Shown here one piece after another: positions 57,630-64,000 of a stretch of DNA of 64,000 nucleotides. Under the pieces are notes generated by a model. It was not told the origin of the DNA, made no database searches, and was given only the letters and a program-made list of their open reading frames with translations. The DNA comes from an uncultured Candidatus Micrarchaeota archaeon (GTDB taxonomy: Archaea > Micrarchaeota > Micrarchaeia > Micrarchaeales > Micrarchaeaceae). The stretch covers positions 192,001 through 256,000 of the forward strand of contig CAVUGN010000002.1 of the NCBI GenBank assembly GCA_963741095.1. The letters are read 5' to 3'. Numbering within the stretch: the stretch's first letter is position 1; each line of letters begins with the position of its first letter. A program made the translations under genes and the position numbers.

Positions 57630-58589
57630 TTATAAGCGTTGATGTGCTGCGTTATCCTTGTTGTGCAGGTACTCCTCGACTATCTCCTTCGCGGCTTTTT
57701 CATAACCAACTTTCGGTTCGAAACCCAGCTCCCTCTTCGCCTTGGAGATGTCGAAAGTCCTGTTGTCCGTTATCCTTGTAATGTGCTCCGGCACCAGCCT
57801 CGACTTTTTGCCGGTCATCCTGGCCTCAAACATCCTATAGTACGCCAGAGTTTTTGCGACCGTTTTGGGGATCTTCTTCTTGGGTGATTCAACTTTCAAG
57901 TACTTTGCGAGCAGCGAGAGCAACTCGCTCTGCGTCATGATCTCTTTCCCTCCGACGAGATACGCCTCGCCTGGCTTGCCACTGTCCTTCGCCAGCAGCA
58001 GCGCTTCGATAAGGTCGCTTATGTGTATCCACTGTATCCTGTTCTCCCCGTTTCCTATCAGCTGCATGCGTCCCTTCTCAAGTTGCGACAGGACAAAATC
58101 GAAGCCCTGGTCGAAACCATGGCCGAATATCGGGGGCGACCTGATCACCATGCCTCCCTTCTGCAAGACCATCTTCTCGGCCATCATCTTTGTCTTCCCA
58201 TAGTAGCTGTGGGGATTGTACCCTGTCGTCTCGTTCGCGGGGTTCTCTTTCATGTTCTTACCGTAGACCCCCGTGGTGGACAGATAAATGAACTTCTTTC
58301 CGTCGAAGTGCTCAAGAAGGACTTTGGTCCCAATGACATTCACATTGTACATGACCTCGTCCGGAACCGGAAAATAATCAACAATCGCTGCCAGGTGGTA
58401 GACGACATCAACGTCCTTCATCGCCCTTTCCACTGTTTCCGTATCGAGGATGTCTCCCTGCACCACCTCGATGCCTTCCAGCTTTGCGCCCTCCCTTTTT
58501 TCCAACGCCCTGACCTTCTCCTTCCTCTCCAGCAATGCCGCGACAAGCGCGCTGCCCACACGGCCCATAGAACCAGTTACAAGTATCAT
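57630..58589 (-). CDS. NAD-dependent epimerase/dehydratase (extended SDR)
   Basis: ILVTGSMGRVG, YHLAA, NV.GT, Y..TK. Confidence 0.88.
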   Translation of the reverse strand: MILVTGSMGRVGSALVAALLERKEKVRALEKREGAKLEGIEVVQGDILDTETVERAMKDVDVVYHLAAIVDYFPVPDEVMYNVNVIGTKVLLEHFDGKKFIYLSTTGVYGKNMKENPANETTGYNPHSYYGKTKMMAEKMVLQKGGMVIRSPPIFGHGFDQGFDFVLSQLEKGRMQLIGNGENRIQWIHISDLIEALLLAKDSGKPGEAYLVGGKEIMTQSELLSLLAKYLKVESPKKKIPKTVAKTLAYYRMFEARMTGKKSRLVPEHITRITDNRTFDISKAKRELGFEPKVGYEKAAKEIVEEYLHNKDNAAHQRL

Positions 58590-58618
58590 AAGATTACCCT
58601 GGCATGCGCGCGCATGCC

Positions 58619-60469
58619 CTACACTATCAGTATAACCCAGGCCGCAACTATAAAACCAAGCGCTGCGAGTATCGGCACGAGCACCCTCGCCATCTCGATC
58701 ACCGAAGCCGCAACGACCGTCAGCCTTTCCTTCACGTTTGGGCCCCACACCATGAACTCCTTCATCACGTCCCTCTTGTGGTAGACGCTGACCGGCGCCA
58801 CGTCAAGCATCGCCTTCTCGACCACCTCGTCGACCGCATCCATGAGCCTCTTCCGGTTCACGTGCCTCCCTAGCACGTTGCCCTCTATCGCCCCGGGCGA
58901 ATTAACCGCATGGGTGTCCGTGGTGTACACCTCGACGTCAGTCCTGAACTTCCTCTTGACGTGCTCCACTATATCATTCCTCAAATTCGGAAGCATGTTG
59001 TTGCAGTTGAACTGCAGCATGGTGTACTTGAATCCATTGAACGAGAACACCGCTGCATTGAGGTTGCCTTCGGCAAGATCTCGCGGTCTGCCCAGCCGGT
59101 TGTAAAGTTCTGTGCTGTAAGCGCCAACCCGTATGCCGCTGCTCTTGTGCTGCGGCTTTCCTGAAAGCGCTATCGCCTTTTCATACTCACCGACAATGGG
59201 CGAATCAGGATTGACGCAGTCCAGTTCATTTTTCGGCGCGGTTTCGTACCTGGAGTTGTGCGCATCTATCAGTATGGCCGCATCGGTGCCCTGCTCTATT
59301 ATGCCCTTAAACAGATAGGCAACTTCCGGAGCGATATCCTCTGTAACGTGCGGCGCCCTTGTCAGCGTGACGAGCTGTATGTTGTCCAGCCACAGCCTTA
59401 TGGCAAAAGAGTTCCCGTACTTTGACCGCGAGAAGAGCATCCCAGGGCCTTTAGCGGCCTTCACCGCGCTTTTGACGCTGTTGTCAAAGGTGCTCTGGAA
59501 CCGGCCGAACTGGTTTATCGATATCGGATTGTGATCGAGGTTCACCGGCTTGTGCATCACGAAGGTCACTGCATGGTACTTCAGCATGGAGTGCTTCTCA
59601 AGCATGAATGGGAAATTGCTGCCCGCAATGGTGCCGGAAGGCCCATAGTGTATGTCCGGCGCGAAGAATATCACCTTTATCCTGCCGCTCTTGTCCTTCA
59701 TGACCACGGTGTCTGTGCTTATGTCCGTGGGCACCCCAAGCTTGCCGCCGAACGTGGTGGATATGTTTATATCGAAGAGCCAGTTCTGCATCATCTGCGA
59801 TACCGCTTCGAGCCCGTGGAAGCCGCCCAGCCCCTTTTCTATAGGCTTGTCGAACACGAACAGTATGGCGTAGGTCACCACGAGGAAGACGAAGATGCCC
59901 GCGTACAGCTTTATGAGAAGTATGTACAACGGGGTCGAGAAGGAAAATATGAAGGTGCTGTAAGGTATGTAGAGCAGTATGTTGAGGGTCGGCTGAATGA
60001 GCGCGAGCAGTATCGCCTTCTTCTTCTGCCCGAGCACGAACTTCGCGGCGAAGACCCACCACGCGAATATGCTTGCATCCCCGACAAGTATGACCACGCT
60101 GGCTATGGTGTACGCGTTGCCGAAAGCGTAGGCCGCACTGCCAAGCAGTATGAAAAGGGAATACACCACCGTACCTATCATGGTGAGGAAGAACACGTAC
60201 TTCAGGGCAACGTAGCGCTTCAGCGCCTTGAAGACTATTATCGTCAGCAGCGTGGGCAGAGTTATTATGAGGATGCCCGTTGTGGTGCCGTTGACTATCA
60301 CATAGGACAGCCTCGTGCCCACCGTTTTGATGTTGAGCAGGGCCACGGCCGTCATCCCTATCGCAAGGCTGAAGAAGATAAGAAGCACGAAAAGCGCAGA
60401 CGCTTTGGGTATGCTCCTGTAGAAGAACGGGTTCACTTCCTTGAAGAAATCTCTATACTTTGAGGGCAT
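58619..60469 (-). CDS. DUF2070 family membrane protein
   Basis: N-terminal TM bundle; IH.GP, DAHNS, NNM, EVYTTDTH; lies next to uppS as in many archaea. Confidence 0.8.
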   Translation of the reverse strand: MPSKYRDFFKEVNPFFYRSIPKASALFVLLIFFSLAIGMTAVALLNIKTVGTRLSYVIVNGTTTGILIITLPTLLTIIVFKALKRYVALKYVFFLTMIGTVVYSLFILLGSAAYAFGNAYTIASVVILVGDASIFAWWVFAAKFVLGQKKKAILLALIQPTLNILLYIPYSTFIFSFSTPLYILLIKLYAGIFVFLVVTYAILFVFDKPIEKGLGGFHGLEAVSQMMQNWLFDINISTTFGGKLGVPTDISTDTVVMKDKSGRIKVIFFAPDIHYGPSGTIAGSNFPFMLEKHSMLKYHAVTFVMHKPVNLDHNPISINQFGRFQSTFDNSVKSAVKAAKGPGMLFSRSKYGNSFAIRLWLDNIQLVTLTRAPHVTEDIAPEVAYLFKGIIEQGTDAAILIDAHNSRYETAPKNELDCVNPDSPIVGEYEKAIALSGKPQHKSSGIRVGAYSTELYNRLGRPRDLAEGNLNAAVFSFNGFKYTMLQFNCNNMLPNLRNDIVEHVKRKFRTDVEVYTTDTHAVNSPGAIEGNVLGRHVNRKRLMDAVDEVVEKAMLDVAPVSVYHKRDVMKEFMVWGPNVKERLTVVAASVIEMARVLVPILAALGFIVAAWVILIV

Positions 60470-60481
60470 CTAAACACAAAC

Positions 60482-61204
60482 CTATTTGCCGAATCTCCTC
60501 TTCCTCTTGGCGAAAACGTTCAACGCCCTGACCAGGTCCTCCCTCTCGAAGTCCGGCCAGTACTTCTTCGCGAAGTACAGCTCAGAATAGCTCGATTGAA
60601 TGGGCAAGAATCCCGAGAGCCTCATCTCTCCGGACGTCCTTATTATCAAGTCGACGTCCGGTATGGCCGCGGTCCTTATGTGCTGCCTGATAAATTCTTC
60701 GTCAACGCTGACCAGGCTGCGGTTCATGACTCCGCTGCACAGCTTCCTGAATGCGTAAAGAAGATCGTCCCTGCCACCATAGCCAACGAGTAGGTTTATC
60801 GTAAAGTCCTTGTAAGTCTTGGTCTTGTTCTCCAGATGCCTGAACGCCTTTATCACCTTGACCGGCAGCACGCTCAGGTTGCCCACGATTATGACCTTCG
60901 CGCCATTCTTCCTGAGCGTCTCCAGGATCTTCGGATCATTGGCAACGTTTATGTACACCTTGTACAACGCCGCGAGCTCGCTCTTGCTCCTGTTCCTTAT
61001 GTTCTCGGTCGAGAGCGCCCAGACCGTCAGGGTCTTTATCCCGAAGCTCTTCGCCCACACGCTGAAATCCGCGAATTTCTTAGCCCCCCGGTCATAGCCT
61101 TTCAGGAGTTCGAACCGGTGCAGAAATGACCAGCGCCTGTTCCCGTCAGGTATGAGCGCGACGTGGCTGGGGACCGAACGCACTCTAGCACTAGATTTTA
61201 CCAT
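60482..61204 (-). CDS. uppS: cis-prenyltransferase (undecaprenyl/dolichyl diphosphate synthase)
   Basis: HVALIPDGNRRW, LSTEN..R, YGGR, IRTSGE.RLSGFL, WPDF, R.RRFG. Confidence 0.95.
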   Translation of the reverse strand: MVKSSARVRSVPSHVALIPDGNRRWSFLHRFELLKGYDRGAKKFADFSVWAKSFGIKTLTVWALSTENIRNRSKSELAALYKVYINVANDPKILETLRKNGAKVIIVGNLSVLPVKVIKAFRHLENKTKTYKDFTINLLVGYGGRDDLLYAFRKLCSGVMNRSLVSVDEEFIRQHIRTAAIPDVDLIIRTSGEMRLSGFLPIQSSYSELYFAKKYWPDFEREDLVRALNVFAKRKRRFGK

Positions 61205-61382
61205 TGGCGCACCACAAAACAGGTTTGTAGTCATTACTATTATCCAAGACTCTTTAAATAACTTATCCTGGGGCGAAACCGCGCCGTGGACACGACGTCT
61301 TTAAATAATTCTAACCGCCATGCGCAGGTATAAATATTTTCAAAAGAATGCATTAATGCAAGGGGCAAAATCTCTGGTTTGC

Positions 61383-62621
61383 ATGCAAAAGCAATACGAT
61401 CTCTACGAGATCTCCTCGCTGCGGGAGATAATCGGCAACGACGACGCCATTCGCAGATTGGTGGGTTTCTCCAGCGACATAGACGACGGGAAAACCAGGA
61501 CGCCGCTCCTCATTTTCGGCCCTCCGGGCACCGGCAAAACCGCCGCAATCCACGCGCTTGCAAGGGAACGCGGATGGAACGTTGTCGAGCTCAACGCGAG
61601 CGACTACAGGGACCGGGAGAGCATAGAAAAGAACCTTGTTGCCGCATCCAAATCGAGAACGCTGTTCCACGAGCGCAACCTCATACTGCTTGACGAGATA
61701 GACGAGCTCGCGCCACGTTTCGACAAGGGCGCCGGAGCCGCCATAGCCGGACTGATTGCAAACTCAAAGAACCCGGTCATACTGATAGCGAACGACATGT
61801 GGGACCAGAGCATATCCTTCCTCCGGGGGAAGGTAGAGCCCGTGGAGTTCAAGCGGCTTGCGCCACTCACGATAGCGAGGGTCATATCAAACATCTGCAA
61901 GAAATTCTCCATAACGCTTGACGCAGAGGTCGCGGACATAATAGCGAACAGGTCGAACGGGGACGCCAGGAGCGCGATCAACGACGTGTCGGTCATGATG
62001 GACTCGAAGGACGACATCACCGAGGTCATAGGCCTGAGGGACAGGAAGGTCGATGTCTTCAGGGTGCTGGACAAGATATTCCTCACTGATGCAAGCAGGG
62101 CGATGGATTCGCAGCTCAGGTCGATACCAAACACCGACCTCACCAACGAGATGCTGATCAACTGGATAGACGAGAACGTGCCCAAGAGGTACGTGCGCAA
62201 GGAGGAGATGAAAAGGGCATTCGATTCCCTGTCGCGAGCATCGATGTTCTCAACAAGGGCCGCCAGGTCGCAGTATTACACCTACTGGAGATACATGAAC
62301 GTGTTCATGCTCAGCGGCGTCGCTCTGTCGAAGAAGGGCGCTCCGGAAACGCGGGAGCGCTACACCTTCCCTAAATTCATAAAGGATCTCAGCACCTCAA
62401 AGACCGAGCGCAGGAAAGAGATAGAGATCGCGGAGAAGCTGCAGAGGCACTTCCATTCCAGCGTGAGCAGCATAAGGAACAACGAGATGAGGGTGCTGGC
62501 AAAGATCATCAAGGGCATGCGGGCTGATGGCGTGGCCAAAGGAGAACTTGAGGACGAGTTCATGCGGCGCTTCCAGCTCGACGAGAAGGAAGTGGAGTAC
62601 GTTGCCGGAATGCACGGCTAA
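61383..62621 (+). CDS. rfcL: Replication factor C large subunit
   Basis: GPPGTGKT, ELNASD.R, DEID, IAND, GDARSAIND, WIDEN.P. Confidence 0.9.
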   Translation: MQKQYDLYEISSLREIIGNDDAIRRLVGFSSDIDDGKTRTPLLIFGPPGTGKTAAIHALARERGWNVVELNASDYRDRESIEKNLVAASKSRTLFHERNLILLDEIDELAPRFDKGAGAAIAGLIANSKNPVILIANDMWDQSISFLRGKVEPVEFKRLAPLTIARVISNICKKFSITLDAEVADIIANRSNGDARSAINDVSVMMDSKDDITEVIGLRDRKVDVFRVLDKIFLTDASRAMDSQLRSIPNTDLTNEMLINWIDENVPKRYVRKEEMKRAFDSLSRASMFSTRAARSQYYTYWRYMNVFMLSGVALSKKGAPETRERYTFPKFIKDLSTSKTERRKEIEIAEKLQRHFHSSVSSIRNNEMRVLAKIIKGMRADGVAKGELEDEFMRRFQLDEKEVEYVAGMHG

Positions 62622-64000
62622 ACCGCCTTCACGCCAAACTCGGTCAGCAGGGCCTTCATGACCTCCTGCGTTCCTTTCTCCCCGATCCTTATGCTCGCGG
62701 CCTCGCTGTGCCCTCCGCCTGAAAGCACATCTCCTGATTCTTTCATCCTTTCTATAATCTCAAGAAGCCTGATCTTTTTTGATATGTCCCTGCTCTCCCT
62801 TATCGAGATGTAGTTGCCGTAGTGTATCACCGTTATGGTGCTGCCGTTGTTCAATGCCTCCATGTGCGCCTGCAGCTTCGAGCTGTACCTGCCCGGCAAC
62901 GGATAACTGTAGCCAAGCTTCGCGATGTGGCTGAAGTCGAGCACGTGCACGTTCACCGGACCGCTCCTGTAGCTCCGTATGTTCTTCAATCCCACGTTCA
63001 GCGCCTCGTCGAGCAGCTTGGTCGCGAAGCCGAACACCTCCTCGAACCTTTCATTGTCGTTGATTATGCTCTCCACCTGCTTCGGGGTCGTCCCCTGGCT
63101 GTCGTACCTGCTCTTCCCCGAGGTGAGGAAGTCCATGACCAAGGCCAGCTTGTACGCCCTTTTGTTGCCCAGATCGGCGTACTCGCTGTAGTCGCTTATC
63201 AGCGAAGACTGCTTCAGCAATTCAACGTCGACGTCGCTTATGACCTGCGCGAACACGCAGGTCAGCAGGCCTGCCGTGGTGTTCGAATCCCCGCCGAAGC
63301 CCCACGAATTCATGTAGTGCCTCGTGAGGTCTTTCGGGAACCCCTCATACGGCAGGTGATGGTCCAGCCACACCAGCTCGCACTGGTCCTTTATCCTGTT
63401 TATCGCGTCCATGCTCTCCGGCGACGTGCCGAAGTCGGTTATCAGCAGCAGCGGCTTCTCGATGCTCCTGTAGGAGCCGAAGAGCATGCCGTCCCCGTAC
63501 ATTGATTCGACGGTGTATGCTATGCTCCTGTTCATGTGCCACAGAACGCTACGCTCGTTGACGAAGAGCTTCTCCTGCAGCGCCATGACCGACCTGTACA
63601 GCGCCGTGGCCCCGCTTGTCCCGTCGCCGTCGTTGTGGAACCTGATGACCATCGGTGCGCCAGAGGCGAAGCAGCGTCCGAATGTCTTTGCGGCGTCGAC
63701 GAGCCTGGGCATGGCCTTGGAAATGACGCCGCTGTACCTCTTGTCATCAAGGCCTATCTTCTTCAGGTTTGCTTCTATGCCCATCCGGTCGACGAGCCTC
63801 CCCATCACCGCTTCATAATCGTCCTTGCCCGAGCCCTTTATCTCCACATCGCCGCACACGTCCGCCTCGGCCATGTCAAACGATACCTTGTCGTAAAGAT
63901 CAAGCACGAGCTTGCTCCTGATCTGGACAACCCGGTCGGAAACGACGGTGTAGAGGTTATCGGCGGGCCTGACCGATGCCTTTATCGAAGAGACTATGCC
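62618..64000 (-). CDS. DHH-family phosphoesterase, archaeal RecJ-like (5' end lies beyond the window)
   Basis: RFHNDGDG, ITDFG, LDHH, GGGH..AA; frame is open to the window edge. Confidence 0.8.
   Translation of the reverse strand, partial: GIVSSIKASVRPADNLYTVVSDRVVQIRSKLVLDLYDKVSFDMAEADVCGDVEIKGSGKDDYEAVMGRLVDRMGIEANLKKIGLDDKRYSGVISKAMPRLVDAAKTFGRCFASGAPMVIRFHNDGDGTSGATALYRSVMALQEKLFVNERSVLWHMNRSIAYTVESMYGDGMLFGSYRSIEKPLLLITDFGTSPESMDAINRIKDQCELVWLDHHLPYEGFPKDLTRHYMNSWGFGGDSNTTAGLLTCVFAQVISDVDVELLKQSSLISDYSEYADLGNKRAYKLALVMDFLTSGKSRYDSQGTTPKQVESIINDNERFEEVFGFATKLLDEALNVGLKNIRSYRSGPVNVHVLDFSHIAKLGYSYPLPGRYSSKLQAHMEALNNGSTITVIHYGNYISIRESRDISKKIRLLEIIERMKESGDVLSGGGHSEAASIRIGEKGTQEVMKALLTEFGVKAV

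Noticed and set aside
49444-62621. Inteins in RtcB or RFC
   Set aside because: Both proteins have normal length and contiguous motifs

Overview
This is an archaeal chromosomal segment, most likely DPANN and probably Micrarchaeota. That assignment is inferred from the archaeal informational genes, the AQSAMEYLMTYGWAIL-type pilins and a non-canonical tRNA intron. Most of the window is housekeeping: tyrS, ksgA, aIF5A, S24e, S27ae, L10e, rpoE'/spt4, dph2, aEF1b, rad50, rtcB, nfo, rfcL, gdh, sepF, three ftsZ genes, a histone and four tRNAs (two with introns). It also carries isoprenoid and glycan-carrier genes: type 1 IDI, a much enlarged HMG-CoA synthase, uppS, a dolichol-kinase-like gene and aglH. 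Six features stand out. (1) A canonical-looking cobalamin riboswitch lies behind an archaeal TATA box and upstream of a solitary BtuM-like ECF S-component. (2) A 9-gene Ced/type-IV-secretion-like operon encodes a VirB2-like pilin, a VirB6-like membrane protein and two VirB4/HerA ATPases, followed by a wHTH/RelE-like module. (3) A 2400-aa membrane-anchored surface protein has an N-terminal spherulin-4/GH135 domain and 8-Cys repeats. (4) Three pilin genes form a tandem array. (5) Three genes appear to start at ATA or CTG. (6) tRNA-Leu has a 12-nt intron in its T-loop. No CRISPR array, transposase or integrase was seen. All family assignments come from motif recognition by eye, not database searches.
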